Source: the human T2T-CHM13v2.0 reference genome, Homo sapiens. From it: a stretch of DNA of 64,000 nucleotides. Of this stretch, positions 26,403 to 43,824 are shown in pieces. The notes under the pieces were generated by a model, which was given only the letters and a program-made list of their open reading frames with translations, did not search any database and had not been told where the DNA came from. Location: assembly GCF_009914755.1 (NCBI RefSeq), contig NC_060936.1, one strand, 5' to 3'. The translations under genes were made by a program, and so were the position numbers. How positions within the stretch are numbered: position 1 is the first letter of the stretch; each line of letters starts with the position of its first letter.

Positions 26403-26527
26403 ACCGGACACTAAGACCCAGCGCTGAGGACAAAAGGAAGCAAGCTCTGCATATTTGAAGTGTTGCAAACTAGGGTCCATCCTCTGGGCCAGCCCTCTCC
26501 TCTAGTGACTTACTCAGAGTGTGTTGG
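26403..26527 (+). other. USP30: Candidate 125-nt non-coding leader exon
   Basis: Acceptor TCTTGTTTTTCCAG at 26402 and donor TGG|GTAAGT at 26528, in apparently non-repetitive sequence. Confidence 0.7.
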
Positions 26528-26751
26528 GTAAGTGTGGCATTTAAAGAGAGGGTACTTTGGGAGGCCAAGGTGGGTGGATCACTTGAGCCCAGGAGTTCGA
26601 GACCAGTCTGGGCAACATGGTGAAACCCTCTGCCTCTACAAAAAATACAAAAAATTAGCTAGACTAATTTTAGTATTCACCCAGCCAGCTAAAGTGGTGG
26701 TTCTCAAAGTGCAGTCTGCAGGCTCCCTAAGGGTGCTCAAGACCCTTTTAG

Positions 26752-27036
<285 letters not shown>

Positions 27037-27599
27037 TAGAGGTGTGTGCCACCAAACCCAGCTAAATTTTGTATTTTTGTAGAGACAGGGTTTCACCATG
27101 TTGCCCAGACTCGTCTCAGACTCCTGGGTTCAAGGGGTCCACTCACCCTCAGTCACCCAAAGTGCCGGGATTATAGGTGTGAGCCATCGCGCCTGGCCTG
27201 CTTCAGTATTGTTGGGTTTTAAATATTTCTGTTTCCATCAGTGATTGCCAGGGGTTGAAGGGGGGTGGAGGGGGGTGAGTACCAAGGGCCAGGGGGTCAC
27301 TTGTGGGCAGTGGTGATTCCGTATCTTGATTCACCTGAGGTCAGGAGTTCGAGACCAGCCTGGCCAACATGGCGAAACCCCATCTCTACTAAAAATACAA
27401 AAATTAGCCAGGCGTGGTGGCACGCACCTGAAGTCCCAGCTACTCAGGAGGCTAAGGCAGGAGAATGGCTTGAACCTGGGAGGTGGAGGTTGTAGTGAGC
27501 CAAGATCGCCCTACTGCACTCCAGCCTGGGCAACAGAGTGAGACTCTGTCTCAAAAAAAAAAAAAACAAAAAAAGAAAGAAAAAGAAAAACCGGATGTA

Positions 27600-27908
27600 A
27601 AACAGTTTATTCTTTAAGTGCAGGGGTGTGTAACGCAATCCTTGCTTGGCATGACCTTAGATCCTGTTTATAATTTGGTATCTTATTGCCACAAACAGTC
27701 CATTCTGTCTGTCTTATGATCACTGTTTCAACATTAAGGCTGGTCAGCTGTTGTGTCTAAACTTCTAAGGAAGAGGGTATAAGGAGGCATGTCTGACCTC
27801 TCATCTCATTATGGCTGGGAACTCAGTGTTTAAGGTTTCTTGAAGGTCCCCTTGGCCAAGAGGGGGCCCATTCAGTCAGTTGGCGGGGCTTAGGATTTTT
27901 AGTTTACA
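27600..27908 (-). mobile_element. MER4-group ERV1 LTR fragment
   Basis: Minus strand begins TGTAAACTAAAAATCCTAAGCCCCGCCAACTGACTGAATGG. Confidence 0.6.
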
Positions 27909-27909
27909 T

Positions 27910-29222
<1,313 letters not shown>

Positions 29223-29431
29223 TCAATCCTTTTTAAGCGTACAAAGAGATCCGGAGAACAAAAACTTTGAGAACTACTGATCTAATGCATTGATTTCTTT
29301 TGTTTTGTTTCTGTAGTTGGGGCTACAGGTATGCGACACCACCCCCAGCATGAATGCAATTACTCAGTCTGGAGTCGGAGAAAGCGATTGAAAGGGAGGG
29401 AAAAATCTTGCTGGCTCTAATGCTTTATAAA

Positions 29432-30767
<1,336 letters not shown>

Positions 30768-31434
30768 ATTCTGGAGACAGACAGACCGAACTGCCAATCT
30801 CTGTTTCACCACTTACAAGCTGCGTCAAAAAACTTACTATTTCTTCAAATTTCCTGGGTTCCCTGGGATGTAAAATGTGGGTAATGTTAGAGTTGGTGTG
30901 AATATTAAATGTAAATAATGAATGTAACATACTTAGCTCTATACCTGGCACCCAAGTAAACAATAAGTTTGTTGGCTATTAAAGACGTTGATTTCTCTAC
31001 TGATATCGTCAGAGATGGGCCTCATGCTCATTAAAGTTCCTTCCTCTGCGACCTATTTCCACTCTGGCCACAATAATAACTAATTATAGCAGAGGCCTGA
31101 CCCGACTTTCGGCTGTTGGCCTCCCTTCCCCACATCGAAAAATTCAAATCATGACCCAGGGTCCATCCTAGAAGTGTGCCATCTGTATTTATGAATGGAG
31201 CCTAAGCAAATCTGAAAACCAAGCAGCCCCAGGCAACTGAGCCCAGCGTAGCAACCGACGCCGGGGCCTGTTGCTAAGGGAAAAGAAAGAAAGGACGTGG
31301 TCCGTCAGCTATTGCTCTCCGGGGGCAGCTACTTCCGGTCCCCCTGGGAGCTGTCCTGCGGTCTACGTTCCCCCGAGGTGCTGGGACTGCGGCCGCAGGT
31401 TCCGCTGTCTCGGGAACCGTCGTATCCCTCGGTC

Positions 31435-31452
31435 CGGCGGCGGCGGCGGCGG
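31435..31452 (+). repeat. (CGG)6 in the USP30 5' UTR
   Basis: CGGCGGCGGCGGCGGCGG followed by TAGCGG. Confidence 0.95.
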
Positions 31453-31491
31453 TAGCGGAGGAGACGGTTTCAGGCCTCCGGTGCGGCTGCA

Positions 31492-31574
31492 ATGCTGAGC
31501 TCCCGGGCCGAGGCGGCGATGACCGCGGCCGACAGGGCCATCCAGCGCTTCCTGCGGACCGGGGCGGCCGTCAG
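31492..31574 (+). CDS. USP30: USP30 coding exon 1 (MLSSRAEAAMTAADRAIQRFLRTGAAV-R)
   Basis: ATG at 31492 in a CpG island; translation matches the USP30 N-terminus; donor AG|GTGAGA at 31575; 83 nt, phase 2. Confidence 0.96.
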
Positions 31575-31764
31575 GTGAGATTTTGGGGGGCGGGGCTGCC
31601 GAAGAGGCCGGGACCAGGGTCCCCAGCTTGGGCCCGTGACGGCTTTTTCATGCCCTAGTTGGGGTCTCCAGGGCCCGCGCGGGCATTCTGGAAGGTTCTG
31701 CGTCCTTTAGGGTTGGAGGCCTGGGCCCGTAGGTGGGAGGACTGACGGGCTCCAGTCCTTCGGC

Positions 31765-32280
31765 AACACCAATTCTGTCTGCACTCCCCAGGTCTGTCAG
31801 TCCCTCCCCCTCCTGTCATTGTTCCCAGGACACCCGGGGCACTCCAGTCTTGTCAAGGCCCCTAATTCTGTCAGTGCCCTCAGTCCTTTCAGTGCCTCCT
31901 AGGCCTGCCAAGACCCCTCAATCCTTCTAGTATACCCCCAGTCCTTCTGGGTCCCCCAATCATATCAGTTTCTGGACTGCCAGGGTTCCCCAACCTTGGC
32001 ACGGTTCTTCTAGTCCTATAAGTGCCCCGGGCCTGCGAGCCCCGCGTTTTGTTAGTACCGCCCCCTATTCCTGTTAGCCCGCCCTCTAGTCTAATATGGA
32101 TCGCCACTTCTGTCTGGGTCCCTGATGTTGTTAGTGTGAGTAAAGGCCCTTGTTTTGCAAGGGTCTCTAAATTGGTCAGGGCCCCTTTAACCTGTTAAGG
32201 TTGCTTGGTCCTGTTAAAGCCCTCCGTTCTTGTTAGGACTCCTCGATTGCCTGGGTCCCCAATCCTGTCAGGGCCCCCAT
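31765..32280 (+). repeat. Degenerate ~18-20-bp tandem array (consensus ~CCCCARTCCTGTCAGKGC)
   Basis: Successive units such as CCCTAATTCTGTCAGTG, CCTCAGTCCTTTCAGTG, CCCCAGTCCTTCTGGGT and CCCCAATCCTGTCAGGG. Confidence 0.65.
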
Positions 32281-32704
32281 TTCCCTCTTATTCACCCTCC
32301 CAAGGGCTCCAGGCTTCAGAACTGAGTACCCCCTCCCCCACTGCTGACCCCAAATGACTGAGACCTGTTGCTCAGGTCGGCTTCCTCTGGAACTGGAGCA
32401 GGTTTAAAGAGCTTATTATCCCAGGGCTGAAAGTCCTCGATACTTATCCTGTCCAGTGCCCCCATTCCGTAGATAGGAAGTGTGGCCCCATAGCTGACCT
32501 CATAGCAGAGTTGGGAGGAGAAGCCAGATCTTTTCATCCGCAGGCCCCACCACTCTCCTCGTGATGTCATTTTGCAGAGGAATGGAGTTTCCAAAGTCGC
32601 CACTTGTCCCTGGGTATTTTTTCCTTATGCTGCCAAAGTCATGGACAAGTCCTCTCTCCCATCCCCTTGACACTCTTCCCTTCAGTTTCCATCTTGAACT
32701 TCGT

Positions 32705-32905
32705 GGTTTTAAGCACAGACCTGGGGAGACAGACAGGCATGATTCAGAGCCATGTTCCTTCACTCACTGTGACCAAGTTGGGCTCTTAGTTTCTTCTGCT
32801 ATAAAAATGAAAGTGATAGTAGAACCTGCATCTGTGGGGTTGTTTTAAAAATGAGGTAAGATTGTCACAGGGCCTGGCAGAGAGTATGTACCCTTAAATA
32901 TTAGT
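32705..32905 (+). mobile_element. MIR SINE at the presumed USP30-AS1 start
   Basis: CTGTGACC...CTTAGTTTCTTCTGCTATAAAAATG...GGGGTTGTT...GGGCCTGGCAGAGAGTA follows the MIR core layout. Confidence 0.7.
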
Positions 32906-33026
32906 GTTTGATTAGGGGATTTTAAAGCACTGGTAAAGCACCTTAGCACTTCCATGACAGTCCTTTATAATCTTTCCAGGCACTTTTGTGAACTCACGTA
33001 TCGTGTAAAAGCACAGTGATGTATTA

Positions 33027-33428
<402 letters not shown>

Positions 33429-34182
33429 CTAACATTTATTAAGTTCTTACTATGTACTGTATGCATTCACACTTATTTAATCCTCACAACAGCCCTATGA
33501 GGTAGGTCTTATGGATTGTCCCCATTGTACAGATGAGGAAACTGAGGCTTAGAAGGTGAAGTGATGCCAAATGAAATAGCAAAGCCAGGATTGAACCAGA
33601 ATAAGGTAATCCCACTTTCTTAACCAAGTTTGGTGCATATTCTGTTGACTCTGTCTTGGAAAACAAATATTTATCTGAAATTCAGCTATCAGCTATGATA
33701 CTAAGAAATGCTGATTATTATAAAACAGGGTCAATATTACCACCAGTGACTCTTCACCAAGTTAATGTTTACTGAACTGAAATCAAAACAATATTCACAT
33801 GATCCAAATACTGGGATAATAATGTATTACACACACACACACACAAACACGTATGTATGCATGTGTAACATATATGCAGATACACATTACATAGCTATAT
33901 ACACATAGATGGTTTGTCTTATTTTGTAGAAATATATAACTTTGTATAAAAACAATGTTTTAAATTGTTGGGGAAATTTCTTAATATGTAGCAAAAGCAT
34001 AACCAGCGTTCAAGTCAAGCCTGAAGTTAGGAAATCTTTAATTTTATAAATATTCAGCTCTTTTATACCATTGTATGTGTGCCCCTTCCCTGTCTAATAT
34101 TCTAAAAGAGAAATTCATTTCTGTATATTTTCTCCAGTATTCAGTCATTCAATAAATATTTTATATATATATACACACACAC

Positions 34183-34214
<32 letters not shown>

Positions 34215-34231
<17 letters not shown>

Positions 34232-34508
34232 TGAGGCAGAGTCTCGCTCAGTCACCCAGGCTGGAGTGCAGTGGCGCAATCTGGGCTCACTGTAACCTCC
34301 GCCTCTTGGACTCAAGCCATTCTGCCTCGGCCTCCAGAGTAGCTGGGATTACAGGCACCTGCCACCACACCCAGCTAATTTTTGTATTTTTAGTAGAGAC
34401 AGGGTTTCACCGTGTTGGCCAGGCTGGTCTCCCACTGACCTCAGGTGATCCGCCCACCTCGGCCTCCCAAAGTGCTGGGATTACAGGCATGAGCCATCAC
34501 ACCTGGCC
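34215..34508 (-). repeat. Alu (antisense) with (TA)n/(CA)n expanded tail at 34160-34214
   Basis: Alu consensus; TSD TCAATAAATATT. Confidence 0.93.
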
Positions 34509-34984
34509 TCAATAAATATTATTGAGAACCTACTATGTGCTAAGTATGATCTAGACACTTGAGCTCATTAGTGGGTAAAACAAAGCACATGCCAGTTGAG
34601 GGAGACAGACAACAAACCCAGTGCATTAAAAAAAAAAAAAAGAAAAGAAAAAAAACATAGCGAATAGGTTAATTTTATGTTAGAAGGTGGTTAAGTTCTA
34701 TGGTAAAAAGAAAAAGTAGAAACATGTCAAGGGGACAAGGACAGGTCCCACTGATATGTTCAGGTAGGCCTCTTGAGAAGCGAAGGGAGGTAAAGGAGTG
34801 AGCCAAGCAGTGATCTGGGGGAAGAGCATTCTGAGCAGAGGGAACAGCAGTGCAAACGCCTTGAGGTCAGAGCATTGGCTGGTAACGTTCCATGTGGAAG
34901 TGGAGTGAGAGGCAGAAAAGGAAAATAACTTCAGTTTTTCCTCAGAGTGAGAAGTAGCCTTTGGAATGTGATGATTTGACTTAG

Positions 34985-35308
<324 letters not shown>

Positions 35309-35493
35309 TAGATTTTAAATCCTAATGTCTAAACATCCTGATTTTCAAGATGTAATCCTATGACTATATGTTACTTTAACTTGCAATTAGGTATTTGGTG
35401 GGTTATTTTGACAAAATGTTATTCTGTCTATATCTGTATATTTGCCTTTTGTGTTTGTGTGAGGGAAGACAGTAAACTTGTTTTCTTTTTTAG

Positions 35494-35603
35494 ATATAAA
35501 GTCATGAAGAACTGGGGAGTTATAGGTGGAATTGCTGCTGCTCTTGCAGCAGGAATATATGTTATTTGGGGTCCCATTACAGAAAGAAAGAAGCGTAGAA
35601 AAG
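35494..35603 (+). CDS. USP30: USP30 exon 2 (YKVMKNWGVIGGIAAALAAGIYVIWGPITERKKRRK): transmembrane anchor plus basic flank
   Basis: Acceptor TTTTCTTTTTTAG, donor AAG|GTAAGA; 110 nt; hydrophobic helix followed by RKKRRK, typical of an outer-mitochondrial-membrane signal anchor. Confidence 0.97.
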
Positions 35604-36737
35604 GTAAGAATGAGAACACTGCATCATGGTCTGTAGACTTGACCCAGATCCCTGTTATCTGAAAACAGTACAAAGAAGGTGGGGAGGTTGGTCATATTTG
35701 TTCTCTGTATCTTTAAAATTAGGATTTCAGGTTTTCAAACAGTACTTTTACCGTTAGTCATTATTTTATACCATGTAGTAAAAAGATTTCTATTTCAGCC
35801 CCTCTCCAGACTGGAGTTGGAGGCATGCTTTGTAATGAAAAATGTCAAGCGGCATAATTGTCTAAGAAGTGTTCTCATTAGTACGGCAATTGTAGTTTTC
35901 AGTGGTACAGACTGACCAATTACATCATACATTTGTGTTCTCTCAGACTAGCTTGCTAGTAACTGGTAAAAATTTCAAGTTAGTGCCTTCATTACTAAAA
36001 AATTATTTTCTTTTTTTTTTTAATGCTCCCTTTTGAAAGTGTGGCTCTATGTAACATTGATTAAAATTCAGCAAAGAAAGAAAGAAGAATGTGGTGAAAT
36101 TTGATCATTGTTAAATCTGGGGACAGTTATAATTGAGGTTTATTTTACATTCTCCCTCCTTTTTTTGTGTCTTTGAGAACTTTGATAATAAAAAGTTTTT
36201 TTAAAAGATTGCTAGCAGAAGAGAGAAGTATATTAGATTTCATTGATCTCTGCAGAAAGACTGATCAGAATTGGTATAGTGGTGTCTTTCCCAGTGATTG
36301 TTAAGATAAGAACAGAATCATTGTCCTGGGGAAGTAACAACAGAACAATTGTTTTCTTCTGTTCTGAGAAACATTGCTTTCTGATTAAAGAAGAAAGAGA
36401 GCATGTAGGGGAGAATGAGGAAGAGAAAAAGACAGGAGATGGTTACTAAGTGTTTTTGTACATTTAGGAAGAACCAAGCTGTGCTGGATACCATGATAGG
36501 TTTCAAAAATAACACACAAAGGGGACCTGTCCTTCTGTGCTTACAGTCTGCGGAGCAGTACTAGAACCAAGCCTTGGCACAGATAGAAGGCCTGGCCCCA
36601 GATCTCTGTGGATAAGGATCTTCTTGGATCGGGATTCCAAATTTAAGGCCACAGCGCAGGAACTCTGGGTCCCACATGGGAGAGAAATTGATCAAATGTG
36701 ATATACTGTTCTCTTCTTCCCCCTGCTTTTTTTTTAG

Positions 36738-36920
36738 GGCTTGTGCCTGGCCTTGTTAATTTAGGGAACACCTGCTTCATGAACTCCCTGCTACAAGGCC
36801 TGTCTGCCTGTCCTGCTTTCATCAGGTGGCTGGAAGAGTTCACCTCCCAGTACTCCAGGGATCAGAAGGAGCCCCCCTCACACCAGTATTTATCCTTAAC
36901 ACTCTTGCACCTTCTGAAAG
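36738..36920 (+). CDS. USP30: USP30 exon 3, Cys box (GLVNLGNTCFMNSLLQGL; catalytic Cys77 codon 36773-36775)
   Basis: USP-family Cys-box motif; acceptor TTTTTTTTTAG, donor AAG|GTATCT; 183 nt. Confidence 0.98.
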
Positions 36921-37100
36921 GTATCTAGATGGGAATTTCAAGGGAATTATGTACCTTTTCAAAGAAGTCCAGATGACAGAGACTCTTATAACAAAGAGTT
37001 AATACCTTATTGTAGGAAAAGATCATACAGATCATTATGAATAAACAACACCAAGAGCCCAATAGATACAAACAAGTATTTTTTAAAAATCAAAGATGGA

Positions 37101-37422
<322 letters not shown>

Positions 37423-38173
37423 TTAAATTGTCAAGTTAATAACAGCTTTTTAAGGAAGGAAAGAAATCCACTGCCACATAAACAGTTTCATCGTAAGAAG
37501 TATTCTGGTTTCAAAAACATTAAAGTAAAAAAAAAATGTCCGTTAGCCTAGAAAATAAGGTAATTCACAAAAGAAGTAATACAAATTGCTAACAAACTCA
37601 AATGTTCGACTCGACCATCATCAAAGAAGTATAAACAAAATAAAAATGCTGTTTTTTGCCTGTCAGCAAAGATTAAAAAACAAATTTGCAGCCCTGTCCA
37701 GCTGTTGGACAATACATCCATACACCGCTGAGAGGGGTGTAACTTAGTGCCACTTTTCTGGAAAGCAGTTTGGAACTACACAATAATAGCTTGCGAAATA
37801 CTCAGTACTGTTTGACCCAGTAATTCCATGTCTGGGAGTCCGCCTTATGAAAATGGTTAGAAACGTAGATTGTGACTTAACTAGCCTGAAAAATGGAGTC
37901 TAAAAGCAAACAAGTTTAGGAATGGCTGAATGGTAGCCCCCAACTTGGAGAGTCACAATATACACTGGCTTGGTAAAGGTTTTAAGAAATAACCTACCCA
38001 ACTTTTTTTTGTTTTTGTTTTTTGAGACAGAGTCTCACCTTTTTTTCCCAGCCTGGAGTGCAGTGGTACAATCTCAGCTCACTGCAACCTTCACCTCTCA
38101 GGTTCAAGTGATTCTTGTGCCTCAGCCTCCTGAGTAGCTGGGATGACAGGTCTGTGCCACCACACCCAGCTAA

Positions 38174-38551
<378 letters not shown>

Positions 38552-38795
38552 TGACCTCAACTGATCTGCCTGCCTCAGCTCAAAGTGCTGGGATTACAGG
38601 CGTGAGCCACTGCACCTAGCCCAACTTCATTTTTAAACCAACTTTTTGACTGTAGAACTGTTTTTTTTCTTCATAAAATCTGCTGACATTCCATGGGTAT
38701 TATACAGAGTGCAATGTATGCACAAAGATCTCCAACACCTAATTATAATGGCAAAAGGAAAGAATGTAGATATCAAACAGAATCATTAAGCAATC

Positions 38796-38885
38796 ACCTG
38801 TGGCCATACTACCCTGAACTTACCTGATCTCATCAGACCTCGGAAGCTAAGCCGGGTAGTGGTTGGCTAGCACTTAGATGGGAAA
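38796..38885 (+). pseudogene. 5S rRNA pseudogene, 3'-truncated (~90 nt), in USP30 intron 3
   Basis: GGCCATACTACCCTGAAC...GATCTCATCAGACCTCGGAAGCTAAGCCGGGT...TAGCACTTAGATGGGA aligns with human 5S nt ~1-90, with many substitutions. Confidence 0.92.
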
Positions 38886-39334
38886 ATGATAAAGTAATCG
38901 ATGGCATACAGCCATTAAGAATCACTTTTATGAAATTTTTTTTTAATTTGGGTGAGGGCATAGGCTGTAATATTAAATTTAAAGAGCAGCGTACAAAATA
39001 TAATTTGACTTCATCAAGGTAGGAACTTCCACAGATAAAGACTGGACTGAAAAATGCTGAAATGTTAGCAGTGGCCATTTTGGTATTGTGCAGTCATTGG
39101 TAATTTTAAAATCATTTTTGGAAAAAAACTATACTTCAACTTTTAACAATAAGCATATATTGCTCTCACTGTAAGGAGAAAATTGGATTTAAAAAACATT
39201 CAGCTAAATCGTGCTTCACTGAGGTATTTTCCCATGTGAGCTCTGCTTGACACAGAAATCTTTATGAAGCAAGTGTACTTTTCTGTGGAAGAGGTGACTT
39301 GGGAATAATTTCTTTTACTATCCTGTTTTTTTAG

Positions 39335-40014
<680 letters not shown>

Positions 40015-40239
40015 TTAAAAACACCACTCCAAAGATTTTGTGAAAGCTGAAATGTCCACATGAGTTATCCTAACCCTGACCTCAGCACTGCCCTTATCCT
40101 TCACATGGGACCCAGTGCTGGGAGCCAGAGCCATCCTTGGGCTGCTGTCCCAGGATGTCTGCTCATTTCTCTGCTTCTGCTTTCCAATGTCTCTAACTTT
40201 GGTTTAAAAAAAAAAAAAAAAATTTTTTTTTTTTTTTAG

Positions 40240-40579
<340 letters not shown>

Positions 40580-41125
40580 TAAAGCATTACAGAGAAGGCC
40601 AAAGTCCCCTTTATCAATACTCAACCCTGCTCCCCTCCACCTTTCCCAAAAGGAAGCTATAGGTGAATCCTTCCAGACCCTTTTCTGTGCATTTGAATAC
40701 ATTTCTATGCATCCATAGAAATTATATATTGTAGGTTTTTTTGTTTTCTGTTTTGTTTTTGTTTTGTTTTTTGGAGACAGGGTCTCACCCAAGCTGAAGT
40801 GCAGTGGTGCAGTCTCGGCTCACTGCACCTCAGCCTCCTGTGCTCAAGCTATCCTCCCACCCCAGCTTCCCAAGTAGCTGGGACTACAGGTGCGTGCTGC
40901 CACACCTGGCTAATTTTTGTATTTTTAGTAGAGATGGGGTTTCACACTGTTGCCTAGGCTGGTCTTGAACTCCTGGGCTCAGGTGATCCACCCGCCTCAG
41001 CCTCCCGTAGTGCTGGGATTACAGGCATGAACCACCACACCTGGCCTGTATATTGTTTTGTTCTGTTGGTGATTTACATGGCCAAATATAATACATTAGA
41101 GAAGCGTCCATTTTAGTACATGTAG

Positions 41126-41320
<195 letters not shown>

Positions 41321-41362
41321 TAGTAGAGACGGGGTTTCACCGTGTTAGCCAGGATGGTCTCA

Positions 41363-41467
<105 letters not shown>

Positions 41468-41903
41468 TTATAGTTTGTCTTCTGTGAATTGCTAGTTTAT
41501 ATCCTTTGCCTACTTTTTAAATTGTGGCAAAATATCCATAACATAAAATTTACCATTTTCAGCATATAGTTGAGTAGATTAAGTACAGCCACACTGTTGT
41601 GCAGCAGTCACGGCCATCCCTCTCTAGAACTCTTCATCATCCCGTACTGAAACTGTACCCATGAAACAGTAACTCCCACTCTCCCCTCCCCCTAGCCCTT
41701 GGTAACCACTGCCCTACTTTCTCTCTCTTTGAATTTGACTCAGACCTCATTAAGTCATGAGTTTCCTCATATTTATAAGATGTACCTCATTAAGCGGACT
41801 CATATAATATTCACCCTTTTGTAACTGGCTTATTTCACTTAATGTCTTCAGGGTTCATCCATGTTATACCATGTATCAGAATTTCATTCATTTTTAAGGC
41901 TGA

Positions 41904-42125
<222 letters not shown>

Positions 42126-43005
42126 TAATCTTGAACTCCTGACTTCAAGTGATCTGCCCACCTCAGCCTCCCAAAGTTCTGGGATTACAGGCGTGAGCCA
42201 CCACGCCAGGCCTAGGCTGAATAATATTCTGTTGCATGTATATGCAGCATTTTGTTTGTCCCTCTGTCAGTCAGTGGACATTTGGCTTATTTTCATTCTT
42301 TGGCTATCATGAATAATGTTGCTGTGAACATTAGTGTCCAAATTCCCTGCTTTCAGTTATTTTCTGTAAACACTCAGAAGTAGAATTGCTGGATCAAATG
42401 GTAATTCTGTTTAATTTTTTGAGGAGCTGCTGTGCTGTTTTCCACAGATGGTGCACGATTTTATAATTCCACCAGCAATACATAAAAGTTCCAGTTTCTC
42501 CTCACCAACAGATATTATTTTCTGTTTTTATTGATAGTAGCCATCCTAATGGTATGGTAATTGCTTTAATTTGCATTTCCCTAATGATAAGTTATATTGA
42601 GCATCTTTTCATTTGCTTATTGGCCATTTTGTCTATCTTTTTGGGAGAAATGTCTGTTCAAGTCCTTTGCCCATTTTTGAATTGGGTTTCTTTTTTTTTT
42701 TTTTTTTTGAGAAGTCAGTCTGTTGCCAGGCTGGATTGCAGTGGCGCCATCTCAGCTCACTGCGACCTCCGCCTCCTGAGTTCTAAGCGATTCTCCTGCC
42801 TCAGCCTCCTGAGTAGCTGGGACTACAGGTGCATGCCACCACACCCAGCTAATTTTTGTATTTTTAGTAGAGACAGGGTTTCACCATGTTGGCCAGGATG
42901 GTCTCGATCTCTTGACCTTGTGATCTGCCTGTGTCAGGCCCCCAAAGTGCTGGGATTACAGGCATGAGCCACCACGCTCAGCATTGTTTGGTTTTTTGTT
43001 GTTGA

Positions 43006-43311
<306 letters not shown>

Positions 43312-43824
43312 TGAACTCCTGACCTGAAGTGATTAACCACCTCGGCCTCCCAGAGTGCTGGGATTACAGGCGTAGACCACTGCACCTGGCCTCATTCACT
43401 TTTACAGCTGCATAGTTTCCATAATGTCAAGACACCCCAGTTTATTCAGGCATTTGCTTCCAGCTCCTTGTCAAGATAAGCAGGCTACAGTGAACATCCT
43501 TATACATATCCCTTTATGCACCTAAGCATGCATTTCTCTAGGAAAAAAATTGCTGGATTGAGAAAGTAAAATTGCTGGATTGTACAATATGAAAATGTTA
43601 GTAGATATTGCCAAATTGCCCCATAGTATTTTAGACAAAGTTGGGTTAAAGGAGGCATTAAAATTTTCCTTTGGGGGGTAGTTGGTGGGGGGAGCTAACA
43701 GAAGGGCTGCCCGAGGGGTATGGGAGAAAGATGTGGTTCATTTCCCAACCCTGCTCCCTTTGTCCTGGGAGGGAAAGGGCTAGCCCCAGGGTATATACAC
43801 ACTGATGCAGAAGCCTGGACTTTA

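Larger units (their letters stand above)
31220..31740. promoter_or_regulatory. CpG-island promoter and 5' UTR of USP30
   Basis: Sharp rise in GC and CpG content; ETS motif ACTTCCGG at 31331-31338; RFX-like GTAGCAAC (31248) and GTTGCTAAGGGAAA (31270); no TATA box. Confidence 0.88.
31160..32770 (-). ncRNA. USP30-AS1: USP30-AS1 antisense lncRNA (approximate extent)
   Basis: Existence recalled from knowledge of the locus. Sequence support: minus-strand donor GAG|GTCAGC at 32498, candidate acceptor CCTCTTCGGCAG ending at 31596, variant polyA signal CATAAA at 31188-31193. Boundaries cannot be verified here. Confidence 0.6.

Noticed and set aside
31271-31498. GC-rich ORFs on both strands across the promoter (31271-31498 +, 31274-31492 -)
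   Set aside because: TTG starts, and long open frames are expected in stop-poor CpG-island sequence
31765-32280. CRISPR-like interpretation of the periodic array
   Set aside because: Eukaryotic context, degenerate units without unique spacers, and no cas genes
43545-43583. Short direct duplications (AAAATTGCTGGATTG x2; also ~16534, ~33312 and ~4575)
   Set aside because: Ordinary slippage-type micro-duplications within old repeats
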